Positions 51,751-64,000 of a stretch of 64,000 nucleotides of DNA are shown piece by piece (position 1 is the first letter of the stretch; each line of letters starts with the position of its first letter). The stretch comes from Raillietiella orientalis. Its lineage: Eukaryota. Made by a program: the position numbers and the translations under genes. Under the pieces are notes generated by a model that did not search any database, had not been told where the DNA came from, and was given only the letters and a program-made list of their open reading frames with translations. The stretch is taken from positions 496,001 to 560,000 of the forward strand of contig JAYWIR010000005.1 in assembly GCA_036172245.1 (NCBI GenBank), written 5' to 3'.

Positions 51751-52726
51751 GGTAAACCGATCTGAAACGCGGAAGAATGCTTTCAATGCTATCATTCTGT
51801 TGCCTATAAAAAAGCAGCTCGTATCGAACCTCTTATTGTATTCTTGAAATCTCATATTTCACTCTATGATCCTGAAGTCCTTATCTCCGAATAGTACTAT
51901 TATGATCACGAACAATAAACACCTTGAAAAGTATACAAGGATGACTTTGTTCGCAAACTTTCCTTTTCATTCATCGATCTCAACAATCTTTCAGTTAAAG
52001 AATTACAAATTCTGTCAAGCTAATCTTCCCTATAATTGGCAACTATCGAGGTATTGGTTTCCCCATACCTCGATATATCTAAACCTATTTGCGTAGTTCT
52101 CGAAATCCTTCAGAAACGCAGCAACATCCATTTTTAAATCAAACACGGAGTACATGCCTCTAATAATTAACTGTGATTCAAGGTTGAAAAATTATAGAAA
52201 ACGATGTACATTCAACAACATACTGGGAAAGAGCTTAGAAACAATTAGTCGCAATAGAAAATAACACTTCCTTATGCTGTTCGTAAAGCAACATTTACTG
52301 AAGGATTCATCTCGTTCAAGATTCTTTCATTCTTTCAATATCAATCAATATAGATTTTATGTTTTTTTTTATTCTAGCTACTTTTTCATTTCTTTAAAAA
52401 TTCTGAAGTTCTACATATTGCAATCAAAATTCCAACCAGAAAATCTTTTCTTTAGTTAAAGGATTGAACTTGATGTTCGGAAGATAACCCAACTTTCATG
52501 AAGAATTGAAATATATTTCGCTCCAATTATTTTACAGTTTACCTAATTTATACTAACTGAAATTTATCGTGAGCATAATAGTACTATTCGTAGATAAGGA
52601 CTTAAAGATCATAAGAGAGAAGTATGAGATTTCAAGAACAATAAGAGGCTTGCGATGAGCTCCTTTTTTATAGCCAACAGAATTATAGCGTTGAAAGTAT
52701 TCTCCTATATTTCATATCGGTTTACC
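51751..52726. repeat. Diverged ~160-bp inverted repeat
   Basis: 51751-51911 matches the reverse complement of 52567-52726 (shared GGTAAACCGAT, ATTCTGTTG.CTATAAAAAAG, TTCTTGAAATCTCATA, GAATAGTACTATTATG); roughly 80% identity by eye. Confidence 0.85.
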
Positions 52727-52779
52727 TAATTCATCCTATCTGAAAGAAAATATATGTTCTACGAAAGTTTTTCTTTGAA

Positions 52780-54150
52780 GCAATAAAAACTGATTTTGTT
52801 TACCAGATTCATTATTTTCCAATAGCTTCGAAACTTTCGATTTTTTTTCCATTTGGATCCTATATCACCAAATGATTTTGAATATGTCTTTTAAATGGAA
52901 AAGTGCAAAATCTCTGAGACTTCCTATTATAATATCTTGTTATTCTTTATAATTTACCTCCTCAACCTTTTCGTTTGACTGATCTTTCCAAGCAGTTCCT
53001 GAAAAATCAAATTTCAGTCCTCAGTCAATCAAGTAAATCTTGAGTGATTAACTGGAAAGGTGCCTTATCCGTTGAAACAAACCCTCTGTGGATAGTAGTT
53101 ACTTTGCTATCGAATCGTGATATAAAAAAAAAATGCTTCGATTTGAGATCAAGGTGGATCACGCCTCGGATCAATTTCGCGATCATAATGACATGGAAAC
53201 GTTTTTTGCTTTAAAGCATAGGACAGATAAAGAAACTTTTCTAAATACCTCAAGTTATCACCAGCAAGAAAAAGTCCAGTGTGAACGATTTCAGTCTCTA
53301 CCTCATTAATCGACACTACAGTACTTATACGGGAACCCAAAGAACCTTACACTTGGATGCACTATCCTTACCAAATTTAAACTAATACAAAACCTTCTTT
53401 CTTGGTGATTGGATCTAAGAAACAGGAATCATCTTTGCATGGAGGTCTCGCATGCAATCGCAAGGTAATCCTTTCTTCCAGGTAGGACACTACGAAAATT
53501 CACCTAACGATTCACAAAAAGGAAAATAAAAGATGGAGGACAAGGTCTAAATGCATTTTGGCATTATTTCCTGAATAATGGACATGGTAATAAGACTAAA
53601 GAACAGTCTCCCATTAGACAGAGCTTTCTCAATTGCATTCTGCCCTAGTTTTAGAATCGCTCAAGGAATTCCATTCGGCTGATTGCCAATTCTCTTTAAA
53701 TGTAAATTTATTGAATGCCTTCATTCTGATTTTACCGCTTTCAATTATGGATTCGTTGTTCTTTCGACGAATCTGAGCGTTCTACATCCATTATATGAAA
53801 GGCCTTTTAGTTTAAGGAAAATCTTTACGGAATGTACGGTAACAAGAATAGTGATGCAAGAACTATGTATGGGTATCGAAATCATATAGTGAAAGGCATC
53901 TTGAATGAACTTTACTGTGGGGTCTGGGACCCCTTTAGCTATCACAAATCTCTAAACGTTGTATCCATTCTGTGTAATTCCGAGCCCAGAAACAAAAATC
54001 CGGAAGCTGCTGTGTGAGATCCTCAGTTTGAATTGGTTATTTTGGGATTTCCTATTCAAAACCCACTATACTTGTATGTTTCAAATGCTTATTGAATGGA
54101 AATCTTTTAATCAGTCTTTAAAATCTAATAACCCGTATATATATATTTTT
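52780..54150 (+). mobile_element. Old AT-rich L1-like ORF2 remnant
   Basis: Scattered motifs in the expected order: KDGGQGL (cf. PK..GGLG) near 53530 and YPFCVIPSPETKIRKLLCE (zf-RVT-like) near 53960. Heavily degraded. Confidence 0.35.
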
Positions 54151-55852
54151 TCGCCGTCTCTTTTGTGCTTTTGCAGATTCTGCCATCTTCTGCCAACTCT
54201 TAGACACACTCTTGGAATTTTGCTCCAAATCAAATGGACACGTTCCAAGTTTTAACTCGGTGTTCCAGATTCAACAACCCCACTAAGACATTAAATTTTC
54301 CAAACTCAACATGTGCAAGATTGGCTTCTCGCATGATCACTTCAAGGTGCTCAAAACTGATCCCCAGCTTCTGCAGCTCCCCCCAAGAGCATCTACTTGC
54401 TGCTCATGTATTTCAATTCTTGTTTAACAAATCTGCCAATGAGGATGAATAGTATTCAATGTCTGTGTCAAGTGCACACCTATGCAAATCCAAAAAAATG
54501 AATTTTTTCTACTTGAACAGTCATACACTTTTCAATGTGTCACTGGCCTGGCTCAGTCACTAGGTTTCTTCCCTGGTAACAAATAAAGTATCTTTTGTTT
54601 CAAATTGAGGCAATTCATCCTACTGTTCTAACCTTTTGAACTCTGTAAATCTGATTCGCAAAAAATCGAACCTCACTTTTTGTCACAATAGCTCAAAATG
54701 GGGAATATTTTGTTACTGAGTATGCATTAACATAATGTTTTCACTACATTCCTGCCCAGATCCAATTGAAATACAGACTCTTTCAAGCAATGAGATAAAT
54801 ACACTTTGGAAAATTCCAATCATGCAAAGGCAACTCTACATAATATGACCAATCAGAATTTTGAAATAACTATATTCCATGTAAATGAAGAAGGAACTTT
54901 CAATTATTATTTGGAGCCCAAGATTAATTAATAAAAAAAGGGGCTCTTCATTAAAATATTTCTGATTAAAGAAACAGAAAATTATAGGAAAAAGGTAGTC
55001 CTGAAATAGCTTCTTGGAAATAAGTTAACAAAAACGATGGAATTACACATACTACAAGTATACACTTAACTTCACCACAGAAAGGAAGAGAATCATAAAA
55101 CATAACAGCCAAGACAGATGTTTCTGAAAATTTTGCTGAGCATCATCAAATGGAAAAAATCTCCAGTTTCTCAGAGCCAGCATATACCTTTACATTGCAG
55201 ATAGTTTTGGTGATTAATTTGATTTCAAATTCAAACTAGTGGTTTTCAGTCTAACTACCATTATGCACTTGGGAATCAAACTTATAACTGATGGTCTTTC
55301 AAATTTCAAGTGAAACCACCTCAAATTACATTTGAAAACTGTTGGTAAAACCTTGAAACCAGCACAGTTAACTTACCTAGTGATGAAGAGATGCTGAATT
55401 CTAAGCTGAATAAATTAATGCTGGTGAAATTCAGGTTACATTGAACAGAAACATAATTCAAAGGATGCTAAAGCTATTATTCAATTTATTTGTTGATGTT
55501 GTCAAATTACCTTTTTACTTATGAGAAAAAAAATTTCAAAAATAAGGGAATACAAAAATGTATCCATGTTCCTACTTTGCACACTTGCTTAAAATTGTTG
55601 CGTTGGATTGTTAATAATTTACATTGTAATTGCCAATTAATTACACTTGTGATTACTGACTCTCTTCTTTATTAGAAATTTTCACAGATTTTTCGGAATC
55701 ATTATCTTTTCTCTGATTTAAGCATGAAAATATAATTGACATGCTGAAACTTTTGCATCTAATATATGCAGAGAATGAACAGGGCACTTGCTTAGCTTAA
55801 TTTTTACACAAATATAAATCCAATCTTGGAAAGAAAACACAGAATCTTTGGC

Positions 55853-57151
55853 TTACATGTGCGAGCTTAACTGTAAATATGCAACAGAATCTCTCCCTAA
55901 TCTGCGTCCATTTACAACCAACATTAATGGATTCTGAACTCTTACCAAAGGAAACTCTAGATTTTGGTCTTGTAGAGCAATGCGAATGTGCTTCAAAAAT
56001 GGTTCGGGGATTGCTACAGAATCTCCAATTACAACACCTTTACCATCAGCAAGGTTGTACAATGTTACACAAATGACTTGTTTTTGTTGGTCACAAATGC
56101 AAAAAGTGAAGGGAACATGATCTTCAGAAAACACTTGAGCAACAACAATACCCAAGATAACTACTTTTCCATTGGTACCTTCTTGTAACTCATTAAAAGT
56201 TTTTAATTTCAAACACTGTTTCAAAGAGTGACAATGTCCTTCTTGAAATGGGCCTAACTGAGAAGGTGTCAAAGCTTTCAGCATCTTCTCGAGTTTCCGT
56301 AATCTAAGTTTACCTCGATTCCTTACAAGTAAATCAATTTGTTTTAGGTATGTTTCAAGAGCTGCATGATATTTAACAGGTGCTTCCCACTGTGGATCCA
56401 AGTTAATAGCTCGATGAAATTCATCTAAAGCTTTTGTATACTGTTCTTCATATCTGAATACCATGGCTTTGTTGTAATGTAAATCAGCACACTGATTAGC
56501 CAGAGGATCCTTCTCTGCTTCCAAATAGGCATTCATGCATTTCTGCAATAACTGAGGGTCATTTTGACCATTGAAAAATTTGAATAAATAAGCATTTCCT
56601 AGAATACTCCATGAAATGCCATCCTTCAAATCAAGGTTCACTGCTGCTTCTGCTTTTCCCACACTTTCTTCAATATTTTTGGCAATCTGATCCACATCCT
56701 CGCATTTACCTTGCCTCAAAATAATCGAGAGATTCCTTAACGAAACTTTATTTTCTGAGTATCTGAGGGCATTTTTAAAACATATTTTTGCAGAATCAGT
56801 ATCTGTTTTTTTCCAAAAGCATTCACCAAGTTCATTCCACCCATCTACAAACCTCGGATTAAACTTTACGGCTTTTGAAAGCACTTCCTCTGCATTTTTG
56901 TCATATTTGTCTTTGAAATTATACGCTTTTCCAAGCAAGTAATAAAATATACCTTTATTTTCGGTTTCGCACGTTTCCTTCAAATCATGTAATCGTTCCA
57001 GGCAAACCGTCAAGTTATCGTTGAACAACTTTTGCTTCAGCTGCGCATTATCACAATCCACTGCGTTCAGCGGCTTGTTCTTTTGGTTTTCCAAGTCTTG
57101 GACCAGGTCGCTTGCAATTCTCAAGTGCTCCCATTCTGCAGGCAGCTCCAT
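55853..57151 (-). CDS. TTC5: Tetratricopeptide repeat protein 5 (TPR + OB fold), intronless CDS
   Basis: LLGKAYN..AEEVLSKAVKFNP..WNELGECFWKK, NKVSLRNLSIILRQ, DGISWSILGNAY, DLHYNKA, YNLADGKGVVIGDSVAIPEP, VRVQNPLMLVVNG. First ATG at 57151 gives 432 aa. Confidence 0.95.
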   Translation of the reverse strand: MELPAEWEHLRIASDLVQDLENQKNKPLNAVDCDNAQLKQKLFNDNLTVCLERLHDLKETCETENKGIFYYLLGKAYNFKDKYDKNAEEVLSKAVKFNPRFVDGWNELGECFWKKTDTDSAKICFKNALRYSENKVSLRNLSIILRQGKCEDVDQIAKNIEESVGKAEAAVNLDLKDGISWSILGNAYLFKFFNGQNDPQLLQKCMNAYLEAEKDPLANQCADLHYNKAMVFRYEEQYTKALDEFHRAINLDPQWEAPVKYHAALETYLKQIDLLVRNRGKLRLRKLEKMLKALTPSQLGPFQEGHCHSLKQCLKLKTFNELQEGTNGKVVILGIVVAQVFSEDHVPFTFCICDQQKQVICVTLYNLADGKGVVIGDSVAIPEPFLKHIRIALQDQNLEFPLVRVQNPLMLVVNGRRLGRDSVAYLQLSSHM

Positions 57152-58399
57152 GTTCGACGGGGGCGGTTCACTTGCACTTTCTGGCCCACCCACCCCCACG
57201 AGCAGCGGCGGCCGGAAAATTCGCCTCGACGCCTTGTGCTCAGGGGTGCGTCACTCCGAACGGGAGCTGGGGTGTGCACGCAGAACTGCGACAAAGCATC
57301 CGCACCCCAATCCCGTTCCCTTTGCCTGGAGTTCACACCAGCAGGCTCATACGTGCTCCCATTTCGCAAGACCTACTACTCCAAGGCTTCGAACATTCAC
57401 GAATCGCCGAGCAGCTGCTCTCCCTCAGCGCCCTGGCAGGGTTGCCGCAGCAAAGATTAGACAGATGCTAATAATCTCGTGTGATACGAAGGACGAGCTT
57501 TCCACAAATACGAATAGACAAGTTTGATGCAATCAAAATCTTCGGAAGTGAATGTTGCTATCTTGAAAGTCATGGTGCTTTCTTTACGTCAAACTTCAAT
57601 TGCATACGGAAAAAGCTGGAGGAACATCGAACTAGAAACGAAGTTTGGTCGACGCCCGTCTTATTACTGGTTCATACGCAGAAGAAACATCTCACAATCG
57701 AAAAAAACTGCAGAAACAACACTGGTTCCAGGCATCAGATACAAATCTTAAAATCAGTAAAGGACTTGCATTATGTTTCACACTTAGAGGTCTATAACAT
57801 TAGCACTTTTTTTCTTGTAGCAGTGTCGAAACGCAGTTGTTTGTAACACACCAGCAAAAATAAAAATGAAAGCGTTTACAGAGATTCCTGAAAAAGAACG
57901 TATATCCAGAAACTTGTGGCAAATCTTGAAAAATCAACCTTTGAAACAGACTCATTTCACGAAAGAATGAGATGGTTTTGAAAATGTAATCATGCACTTA
58001 AATTCTCCGGGAATACCTAACGGATACATATATTCAAAATCTAAATATATTCGAAAAACAGGAAGAAACAAAAATGAATGGAATGATGGATCTGGCGATT
58101 TTAATAAAGGTTGGATATGTGTCTCAACAGGTTGTAGTTAAATCAAAGGATCTTAACAGTGCACTAACAGGGTGAAGGCAGTGGTTGCTCCAATCGGTGC
58201 GTAGTGGTGGACAAACTCCATGGCTTCGTCTGAGGATTCACACGTTCACGTACTTTAAGTATCGTGGCGTTCCATTGGTCATCACTGTCTCCAGAAGGCC
58301 TTTCATCCGGTTGCACCGGGACGTTTATTTATAAAAATAAAACTACAGTAACTTTGTTCCTTGTGAATCAAAAAAAAAGGTCTTTTGGGAGTTCCTGCC

Positions 58400-59350
58400 T
58401 ACTCGTAGTTCAGTTCAGCTAAAGAAATTGTTTGGAGCATTGATGGGGAGAGAAGGGCACACAAATAAATAAATAATGAATGGAGGGGGGGCAGAGGATT
58501 GACAAACCGGGGTTCGTGCTCCTATCGAAAACTGCAAGATGGTAGCGATCTTCCTGCTCACTTTCAGCCTAAGATGGGCCCACATGCATGCCTTTGCCAC
58601 GAAGAACATAGCAATGTAATTACTTCATGTTGCCGTTGCTTCAGCTCTAGCGGGGTAGAAGGCGTTTATTATGCAACGGATGCACCATACCGTTGCGATA
58701 ACGGCGGCAGGCGAGAGACCCTCTTGCGAGAAGAACGGCTGCAGCATTTCAGCCAGCCATCCCTCAGGATGCAGGAGCGCTCAAGCCAGTAGTTTCCACA
58801 ACCCACGGAGGACGATGCAACTTCTCAAGATGTGAGGCAGCGATTCGACTTCCCGGCAAGTACCACACATAGGAGAGACGATCCACTCCGTCATGTTGTG
58901 TAAACGCTCGTTGCATGAGAGACCCCAGTTCGACAGGAGCACCACGTCGAGGGAGAGTACCTGAGGGGGAACACGCAAGTCTCTGGTCACAAGCAAGGGA
59001 CAGACGGTTTTTCCGGGAGAACCACTCCAAGTTTCGGTCCACCGGTGAAGTCCCTTCGAGTGGGCGCATGGAGTGGCCCTCTTAGCCAACACTCTGTATC
59101 TTCATCCTCCCAGGAGTTTCTCCATTCCTGCGATCGTAGAGAAGAACCCATCGCTACCTTGCCGGTTGGCAACTGTCGTCGCTTTTCCACAGGGAAGGCA
59201 GCGCTGCGGTCAAAGGTATGGCGGATGTGAGGGGGCTCACTTGGTTGCTCCTCAAATGATTTTTCGTGGGGACATCCTTCCTGATCTTTGGACCCGAACG
59301 AGATCTTCGAGTCTTCGGTGCAGCTCAAACGCGTCCAGGTATCCACGGAA
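58400..59350 (-). mobile_element. L1/Tx1-like ORF2 3' fragment (zf-RVT)
   Basis: SPMCGTCREVESLPHILRSCIVLRGLW in broken frames within a GC-rich island. Confidence 0.6.
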
Positions 59351-60194
59351 TTTCACACCTTAGCCTTCAAGAATCTCCAATCCAAGATCTATATCCACAG
59401 CACATTTTAATTTATGCGCCCCTTTTAATATTACACTTCTTATTAAATCCGGTTTCAACGCACATTCGACATTCGTTTTACGAATACATCGGTAAACATA
59501 CGCACATCAAGTAGGAGGCACATCTCAAAAGCAGGGGTCCATCAGATGTAAAGAAAGAACAAATACAAAAAGAAAAATATATGAGTGGTTCTAAACACGT
59601 ACATCCCCATACCATTTTTCTGCGTAGTCACCATTTTTCCCCAAAACACTTCTGATCCCGTGGAACGAGCTTTTTGGAACCCACTGCATCGAATTCCGCA
59701 GCCTGGGAGTTCAGTCAGTTCAGCAGCACTGCAGTTTACCACTCCTCGCCTTCCCCCTGGAATCTTTGAACCACTTCTTGTGGTGCGGGAAGACGTGGTG
59801 ATCAGTAGGCACGAGGTCAGGACAGAGTGATCGAAAAGTTCCCATTTTAATTTCCGAATTGTCTGGAGTGTGCGCGGACAGCAGTGTCCACAGTGTGTGG
59901 GACCAAAAGGGTGAAATGACAGACTGAAGGTGAAACGACGGCCAAGAAGGGGGAATGGTAGGAAACGGGGATCTTGTTGGGGGGAAACTCGCGCGCCTCT
60001 TGGCTCTACCCGGGCTCCAAGAGCTCGCGGGTTTCCGAGTGCCTCGTTCTGCTGAAGCGGAAAACTACCGGTCGGTGTCTGGCAGCCGGAAGTTTGCCTC
60101 GGTTCATTCTGGACTTATCAGCGAGGCGGCCGGCTCTGGGAGGGTGTAAGAGGAGGCGAGGAGGACGGTCGTTTCGTGCGATCGGGTCGTTGCA

Positions 60195-61106
60195 ATAGGA
60201 ACCTTTTGATAGGAATCACAAGCAGCACGTAAGAAATAATAATGATGAAAAAGGATTCCGAAGAGAAATAGAGATGCCTCCGGGATTGCAAATTTGCAAG
60301 CATGAAAACAACCATTTCAGCATTTCAAGATCCCCATTGCCCACCTCGGACATGCATCATCCAGTGATTGTACCAGTCATTCTCGTAAATGGATGGTTAC
60401 CATACGAAATTCCAAGTACTCACACAGGTAAATTACCCATGTAACCTCAAATGCAATTTTTCTTTTCTTTAATGCAAATTGGTTTCGTTTTCAGTGCTGT
60501 AAACGCATGAACAGCTGAAGCACAAGAGTGGAGAAAAGAAACAATCCGCGATCTCTAGCTGGCTCTTTCAAAGCATGAAGTGGCTTTGCATTCCATCATC
60601 TTCTCCAGCATCATCAAGATCGGAAAAAGTTAGTGGCAGCAGTTTCAGACGAGCTACTGAGAACAGAGAAGATAGCAACAGAAGATGCCGTCAACCGTCG
60701 TGAAGTGGAAATGTGGTGTGAAGCGCTGCTCTTCAGATCCAAGCAGAGGTCACGGATTGTTTCTTTTCTCCACTCTTGTGCTTCAGCTGTTCATGCGTTT
60801 ACAGCACTGAAAACGAAACCAATTTGCATTAAAGAAAAGAAAAATTGCATTTGAGGTTACATGGGTAATTTACCTGTGTGAGTACTTGGAATTTCGTATG
60901 GTAACCATCCATTTACGAGAATGACTGGTACAATCACTGGATGATGCATGTCCGAGGTGGGCAATGGGGATCTTGAAATGCTGAAATGGTTGTTTTCATG
61001 CTTGCAAATTTGCAATCGCGGAGGCATCTCTATTTCTCTTCGGAATCCTTTTTCATCATTATTATTTCTTACGTGCTGCTTGTGATTCCTATCAAAAGGT
61101 TCCTAT
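60195..61106. repeat. Near-perfect 362-bp inverted repeat with ~188-nt spacer
   Basis: 60195-60556 is the reverse complement of 60745-61106, with ~3 mismatches seen by eye. The ORF track shows the same peptide (MVVFMLANLQSRRHLYF..) on both strands. Confidence 0.97.
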
Positions 61107-62223
61107 CGAATATGCCCGAGTTGAGCTTCCTGACATCTGTTGGTTGCAGCCATTTTGCAGCACTGGAAGCCATCTAAGAGGAAATCGAGTTTTCGTATGT
61201 CTGATAAGAGTTCTTCAAAAGAGTAAAGAAACTTTTTATGCACTACGAAAATTTTATTATTGTATGAAATGATCTTGGTGAAAATTATCATTTAACATAA
61301 TTTGTCTGGTCTTTAAGGAGAAATACTGGAGGAAAAAACCTGTTGCTTTAGAGGAGTCCTATGAACACTCAGTTTTTGAATATTAATTACTTGTCAGCAT
61401 TATTGCTTAAAGTAAATTCGCTTCTTAATGTTTCTCTCTGTAAACTGATTAAAATCTTCCTTTTGGTTGAGTTGCTAGTTTTGCTTTTTCTGTTAGATAA
61501 AACTAACCAGAATGCTTCAAATGCAAACTATTTCCGTTTCATTGAGAGATGTGCTTCCTGATTATTGGGGAAGTTGTTTATTCGTCCTGACGTAATGACT
61601 TTGTTCACTTTATTGTAAATTCATGACAGAACTGTGCAAGATCTTCATGCCTCTGTCGACCCATCTAGTTTCTGGAATATTGTAAGATTAATGTGATACT
61701 ACTCATTCTTCAAATTACTTTAGAATATGGTTATTAAGCTATTATTTTATTGTAGGAAGCAACGAAATGGAAGCATAGTTGAATGCTTTTAAATACTTGC
61801 ACGATCACTTGAATGGATGATGTGTATACACTGGATTATGATTGCAGATTTTGAAGCCTTCCATATGACTCCAGTTTTTGTAGATCTGATGACTTTTGGA
61901 TCTTAATTGCTCTGCTCACTAAATAATTGTCGATCGATTTTAAAGAATAACCGGGAAAAGTTTCATGGCAAGATTGGATCACTAATGGCGGAAGGTCTTG
62001 CGAATTCATAGCGTACGTGGTTGAGCATGCGAAAGTTAAAGGTTTCTTACAAAGTGCGTAAGCGATAAGCTGTCATGAAATTCGTGAAAGTGCTCGCAGT
62101 TTGACAGCGGGAAACTGGGTAGTGTGTATTTTATTAATGATTATGGTGCTGAGATAATTGAATAGCAACTTTTCAAATTAGGTAGATACATGTTGCAAAT
62201 TACACTACTAAGTTGACTGGTTT

Positions 62224-63992
62224 ATGGATAAAAAAACCAAGCGAAGAATTAAAAAGGTCAAAAAAAAGGCAAGACCAGGTAGGAGATTTTTAAAATATTC
62301 ATTTCGTCTCCAGGATGCTTACAATCTCTTGCAGAGCTTAACGTACACTATGGTTGGCAGAAAGAAAATCACTTTCACACTTTTGACCTATCGTTGGATA
62401 CAGTAAAAGATAATCTGGAAAGAATCGATGGCAGGAAAGTCTCGAAAGCCGAATTTCAGGAGAAATTTGAGAAGAATTACAAGCCTGTTGTCATACTCAA
62501 TCTAATGGATAGATGGAGAGCCCAAGAAAAGTGGACCATAAAAGTAATTTATTTTTATTTGTGTGTGCATATTTCCAATCGACTTCACAAGTTCGTTAGG
62601 TAGGGTTTCTAACTTGGGTAGTAGATTTTGCCACTAGTTGAATTAGATGAAGCATTAGTTTTAGTGTTCTGTCAAATTTGTGAGTAAATGAATGTTTTGT
62701 TTGAAAATTTAGAAATTAGGAAAGAAATATCGCAATCAGAAATTTAAATGTGGAGAAGATAATGAGGGCTACAGTGTGAAAATGAAAATGCGATATTTTC
62801 TTCAGTATGCATTAAACAACAAAGATGATAGTCCTTTGTATATATTTGATGGGAGTTTTGGAGAGGTAAGTGGTAATTATTTTTGGAATGGCGGAGCTCA
62901 GTTTCTTGTAGCATCCTAAGAGAAAACAACTTCTTAGAGACTATGAAGTTCCTGACTACTTCAAAGAAGATCTTTTCCATTACGCTGGTGAACATCGTCG
63001 TCCACCATATCGGTGGTTTGTGTTGGGTGGTCCCAGGAGTGGTACTGGTATCCATATTGATCCTTTGGGTACTAGTGCCTGGAATGCTTTGCTGGTGGGT
63101 CATAAAAGGTGCGCTTCAGATTGCAATCCAGATGCAAGGGTGCACAGTTTATTTGTATTAAGGTCTCTGCTTACTGCATTCATCCAACAGGATTAATCAG
63201 GATGTACGGGGAATTGAGAACTAGTTAAGTTGGGAAAGGGTTTTTTGTTCCAAAGATGCTCAAGTGATGATCAGCGCAAATAATTGATGAATGACTTTCA
63301 GGTGGTGCCTGTTTCCAACAGATACTCCCAAGGAATTGATAAAAGTTACTCCTCAGGAGGGGGGTAAACAGCAAGATGAAGCCATAACATGGTTTCACTG
63401 TGTGTATCCTCGAACCCAGCTCCCTTCATGGCCTAAGCAATTTCGTCCTGTGAGTGGACCCTCATTTGACTGTAATTACATCAAGTTTGCAGCTAGAGAT
63501 TCTCCAAAGAGCAGGTGACACTGTCTTTGTTCCTGCAGGGTGGTGGCATGTGGTCCTTAACCTGGATGTCACAATTGCAGTCACACAGAACTTTTGTTCT
63601 CACGTCAATTTCCCTGTAGTGTGGCATAAAACAGTAAGGAGTCGTCCAAAACTATCACGCAAGTGGTATCAGGTGCTTAAGGTGAGGCAGCTGTATTAGG
63701 AGGAAATGTTTTATTCGTGAACAGGAATGCCGACCAGATTTAGTTCTTGTTGCTAATCAGGTTGACATAAGCAAGAACATTGGAATGGCCACAGATAGTT
63801 CTGATTCTAGTTCGAGCAGTTCAGATTCAGATGTTGAGGAATCCCATGTTGAACCCAAAAAGAAAAGGTAACATGGAGATCATTTGGCAACAAAACTTTA
63901 TTTCCTTTTTTTTTTTTTTTTTTTTTCCTTTCGTTTTTAGGAGAAAACTGACCCATTCACCTCCAGCTCGCAAAAAATATGGTAAATCGTAA
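62224..63992 (+). CDS. JMJD6: JmjC oxygenase JMJD6 / phosphatidylserine receptor (PSR)
   Basis: Exons 62224-62278, 62335-62543, 62713-62865, 62912-63108, 63302-63449, 63493-63681, 63725-63867, 63941-63992. Motifs: [57 protein letters not shown], Ser-rich tail. Confidence 0.97.
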
Positions 63993-64000
63993 ACCGTGGA

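Noticed and set aside
27926..63992. Functional clustering of chromatin-related genes (KAT2, SMARCD, JMJD6, TTC5)
   Set aside because: They are interspersed with unrelated genes (UBIAD1, ITFG2, ALG10) in mixed orientation; no evidence beyond ordinary housekeeping-gene neighbourhood.

Overview
Eukaryotic, metazoan and probably arthropod genomic DNA. It carries seven conserved housekeeping genes: GCN5/PCAF (KAT2, 5' end unresolved), SMARCD/BAP60, UBIAD1/heix, ITFG2, ALG10, TTC5 and JMJD6/PSR. Most lie in AT-rich sequence with many very short introns. A GC- and CpG-rich domain (~6.3-25.3 kb) covers the 3' half of KAT2 and a dense cluster of degraded L1/Tx1-like non-LTR retrotransposon fragments; further fragments lie at ~31-35 kb and ~58-59 kb. 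The most striking feature is a circularly permuted CRESS-DNA (ssDNA) virus genome at ~17.2-18.66 kb, ordered capsid C-terminus, rep pseudogene, origin stem-loop, capsid N-terminus. It is inserted just after the zinc knuckles of a retrotransposon ORF1. Other notable structures: a retroelement terminal module (3'UTR, opposed poly(A) signals, ~40-nt tandem repeats, antisense tRNA-like head) that occurs both after ORF2 and before ORF1; a steep GC3 switch inside KAT2; and a near-perfect 362-bp inverted repeat upstream of JMJD6. All assignments come from reading the sequence and recalled family motifs; no searches were run.
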